A stretch of DNA of 64,000 nucleotides. Source: Lingula anatina. Its lineage: Eukaryota; Animalia; Brachiopoda. Position numbers and translations under genes: made by a program. Positions 51,218 through 64,000 of the stretch are shown piece after piece. Every line of letters begins with the position of its first letter. Position 1 is the first letter of the stretch. The notes under the pieces were generated by a model. It did not search any database. It was not told where the DNA came from and was given only the letters and a program-made list of their open reading frames with translations. The stretch is taken from contig CM120645.1 of the NCBI GenBank assembly GCA_051362555.1, positions 4,340,001 to 4,404,000 of the forward strand, given 5' to 3'.

Positions 51218-53638
51218 TAGGTTGTAGGGATGCTACAGGTGGATCTTTGGACCACGTATATCCCTTCAAGTTCCATAAAAAAAGCTCTTAGAAAGAATTT
51301 TTTCACATTGCTGACACACCCTATACATTTTATAACTTCTTGCATTCAGGCAGCCGCAGCGGGTAGTTGAAATACACCGATTTCTTTCTACTTGCTATTG
51401 ATAATTTCAGGAAACTCTTATCAATGTTAATTGTCTTTTTATTCTCCTTTTCTTCCTATAATTATCTCTCTTACTAGCAGTTTCTTCAATACTCTTGCGC
51501 TTTTCATAATAATGTGAACAAATTGAAATGCAACGCAGTGTTCATTTGCGTAGATATATCGATTCTTTGTCAGGTTTGGACACATTTTATCTGCGTTAAT
51601 TCAATCTGATACAGTATTGTCAAATTCCTGGAATGAACTCAACGGTCTTTATGACGTTTTGCCCTACTCTGGTTCTTGGTATGTGGACTTTTTAATAAGC
51701 GTTATCAAACATAACACGCGAGGTTAAGTATAGCTTTTAGCAAACAAACAAATCAATAAATTTGTTTTACACAAAAGCGCTTTAATAAACAATATGTTTC
51801 TTTTAGTCTTTTCCTGGGAACCTCATCTGTCACTCGATGCGGTTTTCGGTGTTTTTACTACTTATCGTGTCCAACAAATCTAAAAAATGATGTATCTTTT
51901 ATCAAGTTTGTGAGTAATAGTAAGTCAAAGTTTTCTTTTTTTTTTTTTTTTTTTTTTTTTTGGGGGGGGGGGGCTCTTTTTTTCAAATAAGTAACTTATC
52001 TCTTTCAATCGTTTGAAAAAATAATAGGCCTTAGTCATACAGTATAAATCTAATCAAATGCAGGCCTTACTGATCTTTGCCACTTACAGTTTAGCGCACT
52101 TCAGTTTTAAATGTCACCTGTCAGGTCGCACATCTGAATAGATAAATGAACGGTGTCCTTACGGATATTGGAACTCTGCATGGTTAAATAATCTATCATA
52201 TACACGTATAGTGTCATTCATCTTATTTACTACGTCAAAACGCTTCTTTTGCCCTGAGTTTCAAAACACTGACTGTCACTGTTCTCTTGGGAAATGCAGG
52301 GTGCAGTTCCTGGGCATAAACAAAAAAGGTCTATATCTCCATGACGTCCCTCCATAGGTCTGTATGCAGTTTATAATACCAATAAGTAAAAACAGCGAGA
52401 GATCAATAAAGTCGGCCTCATGTTTAGGCTGAACTTCAAAGAGCTTGTCCATGTAAGGGTGTGGGGAGGGGTGTTGTTGCATCAACCCAGTAAGAACTGA
52501 TTTACAGAGTAGTGATTCAGGCTATAGGAACGTGATATTGATTCGATTTTATCCCTATATTAGCCTTTTACCTTAACCAGGTATATGTAGCAATTTTTAG
52601 GACACGCTTTGTATTGCAGGCTTTTGTTTCATAATGAAACCATATGTTTTGCTCTCTCGATATGGTAAACATTTTATTTGTACTTCTCGATCGCGAATTA
52701 CTCATCGTGTTAAAAAGGTAATTCAGAAAACGAACACTAGAGTTAGGAGAATACTCGCATATATACTCTATTTGGCAAAACCGTAATGTTCACAAGACAA
52801 ATTTCGGGACTTCTGGGACCTATAATTATCTTTTTTCCAGAGAATGAAACGGCATTATCCCCTAGAATGCATCCTGAATTCAAATTTCCCCCCAAAGGAC
52901 CTCAACAAATCACCAGTCATCAATTCGCGATTCCCCGAAAGGCCCTCGTGTTCTCATCAACACTTCATAACTCGGTAGATTATCCATATAAATATAGACC
53001 ACTGCCATTTAAGCACGTGGGAGTATTTTTAGACGCTGTTTAATGAACATTGACCGAGGAGAATTGATTTTGAATTCGCCTTTTGGTATAGACGTGGACA
53101 GGAAGCGAAACACTTTCGGCTGCCGGTTGGCGATCGAGAACGACACTAGTGCTCGGTGAAAGCTCTGTGAAGTGCTGGACGGCGAGGATAATTCTATTTT
53201 TGCGACACCTGGGGAGCTGCCAGTTGCCCAACCCTTCTGAGGATCTGAGCACTGGAAGCACACTTATCGATATTGGTCGGAGCAACAATTTCACATACTC
53301 ATAAGTGGAAATTCATCGCACTGGAAATTCATCGACCAATCGGCCAGTTTTACTGCATATTATTGGAATTATGAATAGGAATCGGCTGGGTTTTATTTGC
53401 AGGATGACTCTGTTAGCGTGTGTACATGTGTACTAGTACCACTGAGACAAAAAAGAAGTACAAGTTAATCGGTAAGTTCATTGCGTGTGTTATTTTGACT
53501 TGTGTATATATACATATATATGAACTATTGAGACAAACAAAAAGCCTTGGGCAATCAGTAATTTCTTTGTGAGTGTTGTTTTGACTTGTATAATTTTGAG
53601 TCACACTTAGTACAAGAGAAAAGAATACATCGAAAACG

Positions 53639-53641
<3 letters not shown>

Positions 53642-53681
<40 letters not shown>
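53642..53681. repeat. (TA)n microsatellite
   Basis: Direct reading. Confidence 0.95.
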
Positions 53682-53683
<2 letters not shown>

Positions 53684-54464
53684 CTTAATTACAACCCAAA
53701 ACTCACTGAGACGAACGCGTGATTTCATATTACTGAGGTTCTCGATTTGCGTCAAGAATTTCCTGTGGCAGTGCTTTTATGTGTTACGAAATTGCTATGA
53801 ATATGATTGGATCAGTGCCAGAAACAGCTGCTGGTTCTTAAGGTATCGAGAAAAAAAATAGTGATTATTTATAAGTGTTGGTACATATTGAAGTGACAGT
53901 CAGTCAATGCCACCAGTAGTGTGAGTTATTTCTTTTTTTAATTTGGAAAACAGGGTGTATTCTCCCGATAATTTACTCACTTTTACATAGATTACGTAAC
54001 AGTGTTTAATTTGTGTTAACAAACGCGTTTGTCTTTAGACTGCCGAACCCAGATGTGCAACAGATCGATAGCATTTTCAATCAGTCTATAGCAGATGCAT
54101 TGTAGATACATTTTCCCCTTTCAAGATAAGTTGGGCGATTTCGTCTTTCTTCTCTTTTTTGAAAATCGTGCCTCTCCTACCGGAAAGCACCTTAGGAAAA
54201 TCTTGGACGATGAGCCATTGTTTAAACAATTAAACAAACCAGTATAAATCACTACAGCCAAATCGACCAGGCATCACCGGGGTCCTCTCTTAGTTACCTC
54301 AGATCAATATGTTATGTAATTCACTTACAACTGAGACAGCATTTCTAAGCAACCTTTAACAAAAGAGAGGAAGCAAAAATCAATATAAGATCTAAACCGC
54401 TTCTAATACTAATTTTTCTGCGCGCATCCGGATTTCAGAGGCATAGCACCCTGAGTATGTTTTA

Positions 54465-54648
54465 CCGGTGTGACAGGAATTGTAGTCTGCTAGGAACCGT
54501 AGTCCGTTCCCCCATTACTTTGAACAGGTGACATTCGTCCCATATACATGTATATACTAAACCCCAATACTCCAACTAACCCTAACCTGTAGTAATGATA
54601 TGGAACCCTGGACTTCCATTCCTAGGACTACCATTCCTGTCACACCTG
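54465..54648. mobile_element. MITE of about 185 bp with 21-bp terminal inverted repeats
   Basis: ggtgtgacaggaattgtagtc ... gactaccattcctgtcacacc (1 mismatch); internal ctaaccctaacc telomere-like motif. Confidence 0.75.
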
Positions 54649-56710
54649 CTTACTATACCCGGTATGTTCGATTTCGTTAAGTTGAAACAGTGTCAGCACA
54701 ACGTACACAGACTTTGAACATTTCAAGACAGTAAGAGGTTTAAAAAAATTACCCTTTAGCTCTTTCTCGTTCTAACTCTAATTTTTTTTTTATTCTTATT
54801 GTCTTCTTATTCATTATTTAATTGAATAATTTAATTTTAACATCTTAAACTTTGATGGGATATTCAACCGAGTAATTGACAGTCATGGAGCATCCAGAAT
54901 ATCAAGTGTAACACTTATAGAGTATTCAGGTCACAAATATCGACTTTGACTCTCAGGGTGCATTCGAGTCACGCGCACCAAATTTGACTCGCAGGGTGTA
55001 TACCTAAAGCTGCAGACATCAAATTTGCAATTGATACACAAGGTGCATACATGTCACAAAGAAAGGAAAGAAGGCCTCGAGTTAGTCGGTCGGTTAGAAA
55101 TCAAAAGAAGCGATCAGTTAATTCGTTTTCTTTCCCTTGAGATTGCTCTGTCCTCAAACGCACTTATCTTGTAAGCAACTCGTGGATGTCATATTAAAAG
55201 TGTAATATAATAAGAGAAGAGGCGTTTGCAGGCTCCAAGACGAGTCAAGATAGCGTAAATTTATGACACACTTCACAAAAAAGAAAATGCTCAAGTCGAT
55301 AAATCAATGTTATTATAGGTCTACATCTTGCAAACAGAATTTTCGGTTAGTTCTCTTTTTTTACGCGTGTTCTTTCATATTTATATCTCTTGAGGCAAGA
55401 CCTACAACACTTTCTAATGCCTTCACATTTTTTTGAGGTGAAAGTCATCTTTTGAGTCTGGAGGAACTTGCTTATAAATTATTTTCTCTTCACTTTCTGG
55501 TATCCAGGCCGGAGATGGAGATATTATAAGAAAAGTGGCAGAGAAAGTACACACTGGTTTAATAATTTTAAGTGTCAACATTTTCTCCATAGAAAGATTG
55601 GAAAAGGGAAGAAAATGATTTAACAGGAAAAGTCGTAAAGTAAAAAAATAAACAGAGATGTACGGGCTAGCCAGTGGAAGAGCCGTCACAAACCCCCTAA
55701 TTTGACGCACGTCCCGACATTGTGTTGCGATGTTCCTTCATCACGATTGCACTAGATGAGATTGACCAAACGCTGCCTTGTAACGCAACATTGCCTGTAA
55801 AGGCTAGCAAGCTTGTGATTGTTCTAACAGCCTTCCGGGTTGTATGAATAGGGACCAATGACATTCATTTACCGTTATGCTCCCGGAAACAAAAGTTGCT
55901 TGCACTCAAGCACCGTTTTAAACTGGAAATCGACTATATTTTACGTCACCAAACGCTTGGGTTACAAATGGACCCCATTGCGCCGAAGCAACTGAGTCGA
56001 CTTGCGACACCTTCCGGGCCTCTTTTATGTTCGAGGTTGCTTTTATGAGAACACAACTTATCTCAGTATCAACTTGAACCCTCTTAAGAAAAATAATCAA
56101 AATTATGAACTATCATTTTTGCCCTCATGTACTTTTTAGACATTGTTCCCACAAATTTTGGGCGTGCGTCTTGTGTTTAAGATAACATCAATTGGGGTAT
56201 ATAGCGATAAGTTGGTGTTATCTATTACATCCATACATGAAAATTTTAGAGAAGTACGCATGTGCGAGTAGCCTACTTATCGATTTTCAACTCTCGGTTT
56301 TAAGATTATGGAGTTCATTTATACAAGGCGAGACACTCCTTGTGGTTTCTTTTATAAACTATATTGATATAACCACAGAGATAAGCTATAGAAAAACAAG
56401 CGGAAGGAATAGAACAATCATCATACAACTGTTTTGTACAATTTGTTTGATATTCAGATTTATTATTTTAAACTTTTTTTTTTTAGTTTTGAGAGTTGGA
56501 TACGTTGATCAGACGATTTCAAAGTCACCTTTTGAACAAATTCTTCCCTTCCCGATCCCCGGACAGCTTTTCCCATTTATTCATATTTTAAAGAAAGACA
56601 ATATCCCCAACAAAAGCGTTTTGAGCATTAGTAATAAGTAAAACCTTTTGCTGTATTTCTAGGCTGCACCGGTTTCGTGCGGACTCGGCAGCAACGTGAT
56701 TATATTTACT

Positions 56711-56734
56711 TGACCTCTGACCTTGTGACGTCAC
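56711..56734. promoter_or_regulatory. Composite DR1 nuclear-receptor element plus palindromic CRE upstream of the SLC6 gene
   Basis: TGACCT-C-TGACCT (56711-56723) and GTGACGTCAC (56725-56734). A donor-like ACG|gtaaat at 56834/56835 suggests a short upstream exon. Confidence 0.55.
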
Positions 56735-57052
56735 GATCCTGTGAGTGAAACAGAGGAGAGCCGTGCGGGAGGGCAAGTGTACACAATTCACGGTGTCTGA
56801 CCAAAGGTACCCTTGGTCCATGCGACTTCAGACGGTAAATATCTTTATTTTACATTTCACTATACAAATTCAGTCTTATCAACATATAAATCACAGTAAA
56901 TCCTAGCAGACGATAAGCCGAATGCAGTGATATCATATTTGACGTTCTTGTACTTTTTTCGTATTTACCTGCCGGCGTTTTAGAAGCAGAGATTTATGGA
57001 TTGGAATTTCAATGAGTTTTAGTCAAAATACTTCTGATTTTAAGGAAACTCA

Positions 57053-57314
57053 ATGGGAGATAAGACAGGACAAGTCCCTGATGATGACGGAACCAGGGAC
57101 CAGAGACCCCCTGACGAGAAGAATAAGCCGTGTGCTGAAGAAAAAGATGGCAATGGAGTAACGGTGTCAAAATTTGATCTGGACGAAACAGACGATGAGA
57201 TAAAGCGCGAGCAGTGGTCCAGTCCTATTGAATTTATTCTGTCCTGCATTGGCTTTGCCGTGGGACTCGGCAATGTATGGAGATTCCCATATCTCTGCTA
57301 TAAGAACGGTGGAG
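57053..57314 (+). CDS. SLC6 sodium- and chloride-dependent transporter (GABA/taurine/creatine-like subgroup), first coding exon; gene continues beyond the window
   Basis: [36 protein letters not shown] is the NSS/SLC6 TM1 signature. Phase-1 donor G|gtaaaa lies at the usual SLC6 NGGG intron position. Confidence 0.93.
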
Positions 57315-59873
57315 GTAAAAAAAAAGTCAAGATTTTTTGTTTTACAAGTTGCAAAAATGTTATCTTTCAAAATATTGTTGACCCTTTTAGTGATTCATGC
57401 CTTTTATTGTTTTTTTTCCTTTTTTTTTTAATTTCATAATGTTATTTTAATAGAGCTTTGCTTGAGCCTTCTCAAAATAACATTATATGCACTTGGGTTC
57501 AAAGTTCTGTAATAAGAGGTAGAGTATTCTAGCTTGGGGGACTCCACATGCTTTGAAATGGTGTAAATGAGCATTGGGGGGATTTACACGCAAATATGTA
57601 AAGATTTCTGAATAATAGAACAATAAGCTGCCGCTACTCAGTCAGGTGTATAAGTTGGTGGAATTTACACCTGCTTCACTACTTCAAAAGATGTTTAGTT
57701 TAACCCTTGCAATAGCAGGTCTTATACAAAATGTCAAAATGCTACAGTAAATTTCTAATAAGGTTTGTATAACTTTGCAAGGTCACAGTTTTGTGGGAGT
57801 GGTGGTGTGTTGTGTTCTTAATAACTATCTGTAAACGGTATACGCAAAGTGGAGATAAAAGGAAAAACCTCAGTTATTTCCAGGCAGTGATTCTAAACTC
57901 TCATATCAGATGTGCAAGTTGTTAATGTTATTGAAAAGTGTCACACCTCAAAATTTCATAATAAAATCCTGCAAATTGTAGATTATTACCCTACAAGTGC
58001 TATAACTGTCTAGGGAGGTCTTTTGGCTTCCAGACTAATATAATGAGGATTATTTCACTGCTATTGCATGTGTCACTGTGAGAAAATACGGTGCAGCATT
58101 TTCCAGGAAAGTACATCTACATAACAATATGTCCATAAAATTACTCATTAACTGAAGCCTTGGACTTTCTTATTTGTTATTAAGAAAAAAAAAAGCTTAT
58201 GTTTGTTTTCTCTTTCACTATACATGCATCCTATTTGAATTTTTTTTTTCATTATGGTTATCTTTAGTGTATAAAGTTATATTGCTTTTCTTGTGTACCT
58301 GGTTTCATTGTTTGTACATCCCAGAAAGCAATTAAGATTATATATTTTAAAAGTTTCTGGAATATATTGTGCATGTTTTATGGCGAGAAAGGCATGGCTC
58401 AAGTTTCAGGTCCAGAGTTGCTTTTTTTTTTTTTTTTTGTGGAAGTCAACATTTATCCTGAATATTATTTAAAGTAGACCGAGATTTTTGTCTAAAAATT
58501 GAGACCAGCTTCCGGGTCTAAAGTTTTTATGTGGTATAGGCTCCATTATAATTTTCTGTCACAGCGATGTACATAGACTTGGGGGGAAAAGTGCTTTTCC
58601 AACCAGTCCTGACCGCTTGAAATGCCAGAGGACAGACAAGATAGTTGATACAGCAGGTCCTCTGGACTGGCTGGCTAAGTTTAAAAGGTTTAAAATACAA
58701 AACATCATGATAAATCACATACTAGTATAAACATAAGCTTAAAGATTCAAAGCTTCAAAGATTGTTAGGAGGACCTGCAGATTTCTTTTAGTTCAGACCC
58801 TCAATTTGGATTTCAAAGTCCTCCAAAGTTTTCCCCATGTTTGATGAATATCTTGACATGATATTATGACTGTAAACTGATCCTCATTGCTTTGGTTTTA
58901 GATCCAGAACAACTGTTAAGTTAAAGGCACTTGTGGAAACCTTGAAGATTTTTCCAATCATGTTATTATTGAATACGTAGGTTAGGTTTCTGCCAGTAGT
59001 ATTTTGTTTGGGCTTCATTAGGTAAATGAATAATGACAGTAATCGAGGTACGTATACTACGTATTGGGTCAGCTTATAAGGTAGTGTGTGATTTGACAGG
59101 GAGTACATGAAACCAGAGAGAATTCTAGGAAATATGAGAAAGTTCATAAATCATGCCAGTTTTCTCAGAATACCAGTGGCAACATATTTTGTCAAGGTCA
59201 GTCTGAACATGCAGCTGTTTGTACGGTTTCAAAAAAGACCCTCTCTCTCTCGAAATTTAAAATGCAGAAAAAAATGATAAAAATGTGATACCCATTGTAC
59301 TGATTCACTTAGTCTATATATATCTTTGCTATTTTATAAAATATTTTACTTTGATGTAATCCACATCTAGTGCATTTCTTTCCATAGAAATGGTAGTTTT
59401 AATACAACCACTTTTTTCTCCTTATCAAAAGTTAACTATTATTTTGTAATTACTCAGAGGGATAAGGCTACTATATCACTCTTATCTCGAACAGGTCAAA
59501 TATTTAGAATGGGATTAAACCCTATTGAGATGACAAGAAAGTATGGAAAGGTATGATTTCCTTTGGGATAGATTATCGTTAGTTATGGGGCAAAAATGAG
59601 GTTGTGGTGGGCAAGATTCTGCCTTTGGTCACGTAGTACAGTCTGAAGAGTGTGCTTAGTAACGTCTGAAGAGTGCAAGTGCCGTCTGTGTGTGCTTTAG
59701 AGCCTTCTTAATTCGTCCATTTCTGGGACAAACAGGCCTAATTAAGTGTTTGTGGCACCCTCCCTTAAGTCACTTAACCCCCCCCCCTCCTCACAAAAAA
59801 AAAAAAAATATATATATATATATATATAAATATATATATAAATATATATATATATATATGCTTATTTATGCTT

Positions 59874-60101
59874 AAACAGCTTATTTCACTCACTTTCAGA
59901 GAACATTATATACTAGTATATTGTAAGGCACTTTAGAAATACACATTTTAATCATCTGCCAATATATATATATATATGCGACATTTTAATCATCTGCCAA
60001 TATATATATATATTGGCAGATGATTAAAATGTGTATTTCTAAAGTGCCTTACAATATACTAGTATATAATGTTCTCTGAAAGTGAGTGAAATAAGCTGTT
60101 T
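59874..60101. repeat. Perfect 89-bp inverted repeat around a (TA)n-containing spacer
   Basis: 59874-59962 is the exact reverse complement of 60013-60101. The spacer holds (TA)n runs and a re-copy of acattttaatcatctgccaa. Confidence 0.92.
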
Positions 60102-60500
60102 TAATGACATGAAAATGCCAGTGTTGTACATGAACTTTAACTGAGAAGTAGGTTAACCAGAAAAAATTATTATATAACAGGCATCAAAGATAAATACCAG
60201 GCAATTTTGAAACCAAAGCTGCCTGTTCTAATTGTCTGGGGGAAATTTAACCAAAGAATGCTGTGGACATTTTTAATTTGTTCAAATAGGAAATGACAAC
60301 AAAGAGGTGAAGTAATGGCTGGGATATGGTCAAGCAGCTGTGGGTAAAAAGAATTGAAACATTCTTACTTGTCATGGGTAAAGAAAGTGCCAAGCTTGAA
60401 AAGAATTTTGCAAAAATTGATCCTGCCCTCCCCCCCCCCCCCTGCTCTACACTCGTGCACACACACTGCGCCAGATTAGCTTATAAAAGCGAGGAAAAAA

Positions 60501-60502
<2 letters not shown>

Positions 60503-60533
<31 letters not shown>
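60503..60533. repeat. (GT)n microsatellite
   Basis: Direct reading. Confidence 0.9.
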
Positions 60534-60537
<4 letters not shown>

Positions 60538-63500
60538 TGCATGCTCACATGACATGTACAGGTGTATGTGCACATGTACAAGCATGCATTAATGGAAAAA
60601 TTCATTTAGGCCATCTTGAAGCCCACCTCCCATCTTGATGCGACAGACACTTCTTAATATAAAAAGGAATAAAATGGATTATTAGATATCCTAGCTAGGG
60701 TCATTAGAAGATATCAATTTCATCTCCATTCTCAGCTTATTAAGCCAACTATCAGCCAGGTGCTAGTGTATTAATATAATTTCTCCTGACACGGCCACCT
60801 AGTAAGGCTGTTCTTTCCTTTGACAATTACATATAATGATTTAGGACTATCTGTACATGGCCAACAAGAATAAGTGTGAAAAAAGAAAATGAGAGAATTA
60901 AAAAAACTATTTGATACCCCCTCTTGTGTGTGAATTTATAATTAAGCAATGTAAAAGCAGTTAAATGTGCTGACCATGCTTTAGATATGATGTTAATTTT
61001 ATGGATTCAAAGATTCGAAGCTGCTGGAAGATCTGATGTAAAATTTGATCATTTTTGATCATCTGTGCAGATGTACAAATATAATGTGTACACAACACAT
61101 GCCAAATTTGTAGGCAAGCAAGTTTTGTCCATGCCGATAGTTGTAGATTTGGCAGGTTGTGTGAAATGCACTGTAGTTTGCCAAGTCTGTGGTAAGATGA
61201 AACCAACAGTTCACAGGTACATGTACCAAAAACAAATTTTATATCATGTTATAAAGTAGTTTAAGATAAAAAAAAAACTTTCCACAATGATTTTGGATAT
61301 TTTGGTTGATTATTCTCAGTGATACATTGAGATAATAGTAGGAATTAACACAGTACTGCACTGTATGTATGTATGTATGTGGGGGGGGGGGGGGGGGTGG
61401 AGTGGAGATGAGATGTGCCAATGTTCTCAAAGCATGCCAGCAAGGGTCCGAATTGGTAGGTAAATAGACATTGATCAAAACCTTCAATATGGGATGAAAT
61501 GAGAGGTGAAGTGGTCTGTCAGATGGTTGAGATGGGCATTCTGCACGTAAATATCACCAGGTAGCTGGGGGTCTTCATTTCAATGAGCCTAAGTGGGGCC
61601 TGGCACATTAATTCACACAGGACTGAGATTTTTCCGCGTTTTTAAAATTAAATTCTGCTGGTTATTGAGATTCGTCAAGGTTAAGTGTTGGGTCCCATGA
61701 GTTTTTTTTTTTTTTTTTTTTTTTGAAACCTAGGCTCATGTCTGCAACAGTCCTTATTGTAATCAAACTGGTGACTGCTCAGCAGCAGTCCATGAATTAT
61801 ATACTTAATCAAAGCTACCAATTTTGGTCAAAATCTGAATGATCTTGGTATCAACAGCACTTATTGTAAACATACTGTTTGTCTGCTCAGCATAAGTCCA
61901 TAAATAATCACGGCTACCAATTAATGAATTCAGGCTAAAGTCAAGTGAAAGTAATATTGTGAGAGTGAAAATAGAACAAAAAAGAAAGTGAAAGGAAAAG
62001 AGGAAGAAGTTAATGAGGCGGAAACTGAAGGGCTATATCAGCCTTGCATGTGTGAGGGGGCCATAGTAGACTACCTGGTCAAGGTTAGGCTTAGACATCC
62101 ATTCAGGATCATACACTGTATATACCAGTAGTCAGTAACTCAGTGGGTTTTATTTACACAGTGAGCATGGCACAGAGTTAATACAGATGCTTGCCCTGAA
62201 CCTTAAAAACCATTATGCTTGCCTGGTAAATTTTCGATCCAGGTTGTGATCATTCTGAGAAGGTGATGAGATGATGTGAGATTTGAAAAAAAAAATGATA
62301 ATAAAAATTGACTCCTGTCTGAAATACTAAGTGATCTGTGATGAAGGAAATGTAGGGACCTCCTCTGGTATTTACTATTTACCTTGCCACACTAGTTTGT
62401 TTGTGTGACGTGTTTAAGTAGTAAAGCCAGTATGATCACAGCAAACGGTTTCTTTTGTTGTAAAATAAAAGGGGAGCCAAAGACAGCACTGACTGCATTG
62501 TATTGTTTACCATGGAATGTTGGTTTTAGGGGAAGTGTGTAATTGTCACTTTGCAGTAATATTTTATTTGTTAAAACATTTTGCTTAGTACCTCTTGAAT
62601 TTGGATAATTTTATTTAAAAACATCTTGGGCCAAATATTTATGTATTGAACTTGGTCCTTATTTTTCCCCTAGAAACGCAAGTTACCGTAGATCATTTAG
62701 TTACCCTGTTCTAGAAGAAATGTGATAAAGTAAAAATTAGTAAGACTGAGCTTAGAGGCTCCAAATAAGAAGCTGGTGGTGGAATCTTGGTGGAACCTAA
62801 GTGTGCAATATCAAAATACCTAATGAAATGAAAATAAATACATAAATAAAATTACATAGATAGATAGCTAGGCAGATAGATAAGCAAACCAACAGGCCTG
62901 GTTTTATTAGATGAAAACAGTATAGAATCGATATCTGATTGTGTCGGATACTAAGAACTTCTAAATGTCCCCTGGACACATGATTTGGCCTATTTTATGG
63001 AATGGATCCGTCTGGGAAACAAAAGTTTAATTAAACAGAGGAAGATAAATGTGTGTTGGTGATCTTTGTGACAGAAGACATCTAGATTGCAGGATCAGTA
63101 TTGACAGGTCAATTAACAGTCTAATGTTTAAGCATCATGCATGAAGCTAACTGACTGATGGCAAATGGGGACAGGTATGTTTTTATTAACTCCAGCCTCT
63201 AGAACTGGTTCAATACTTAGGGATAAGTATTTATTTTTATTTTTTTATGTTTTGATGAACGATACTTGTCAAAGTGTACATGGACAGATGAGCCTTTATG
63301 ATTGCTCATACTAAGAATGGGCCAAATTATTCGAGTGGGTATACTGGTACTTTTCTGCTTTGGGCTAATAGATTTTTTCTCCTGTTTTGGTGTCCTAGCT
63401 GAAGGCTAGTAGGCACAAGTTTAATAAGGTTTTTCATACAGACTGGAAGACTATCCCATTTTTAAGACTGGCTAAAAATGAAGATAATTCATGTGTTAAT

Positions 63501-64000
63501 TGCTTTATGACCTCAGAATAAGATATGGACCATCCCATAGAAATATAGAACATTTTGAGTCATGCCTGTGATGCAAACATGTATATTGTACATAATACTA
63601 GTATTTGCATAATTTTGGCTTGGCCCATTATTTTTGCTTTTCATACAAAGTAACCCCCATTATGAAAGAAAACCAACAGTAATTAAAAAGTGATATATGA
63701 ACCATTTATGCAAATATTACCCAAATGTTTTGTCACTGAAGTGACTCCAGTATTCACTTTTTTTTTTTTTTTTTTTTGAGAATTAACCCAGATACAGTAC
63801 CTGTAGATTAAATTTTGTCCCAATCTGTCCTTCTGAACTCAGGGTGCATAGACTCTATGTGGACTGTACAAGTCTGAACATCTATTGAACCATGCCTAAA
63901 TTGCTGCTTATGGACAGAAAATCTATCAGAGCTAAGCACCAACAGAAAACGAATTGATCCAGTTAAAGTCGGCTTAATCTGTATCTGAGTGAGATATGTC

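Noticed and set aside
54895-55056. Three to four degenerate units of about 35-40 bp containing tttgactc.cagggtg.at
   Set aside because: Too short and degenerate to assign; probably a decayed minisatellite.
59690-59760. AFLIRPFLG after a tttag acceptor looked like SLC6 exon 2 (expected GAFLIPY...)
   Set aside because: Wrong phase: joining to the phase-1 donor at 57314 gives an immediate stop, and no TM2 follows. The true next exon was not found in the window.

Overview
AT-rich, intron-rich animal genomic DNA. It is probably molluscan or another lophotrochozoan, inferred from the perlustrin-like genes and the repeat types. From left to right it contains: (1) the first coding exon of dynamin-related protein 1 (DNM1L/Drp1, minus strand), head-to-head with a complete 15-exon CXXC1/CFP1 gene (plus strand, 1354-17892, 619 aa as spliced by hand); (2) a gene-poor spacer; (3) two tandem paralogous genes for secreted proteins, each with a signal peptide, a 12-Cys IGFBP N-terminal domain of the perlustrin type, a Thr/Ser-rich mucin-like stalk and a shared Cys-free 39-aa C-terminal module that I do not recognise; (4) a young, 5'-truncated L1/Tx1-type LINE with a target-site duplication (TSD) inside the intron of the first of these genes; (5) the first coding exon of an SLC6 neurotransmitter:sodium symporter. 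Introns also carry a Helentron-type (DINE-1/HINE-like) element with a 146-bp satellite array, MITEs and a perfect 89-bp inverted repeat. The best candidate for undescribed biology is the IGFBP-domain/mucin-stalk/novel C-terminal module gene pair. All gene models were built by eye from splice signals and frame continuity; no database searches were run.
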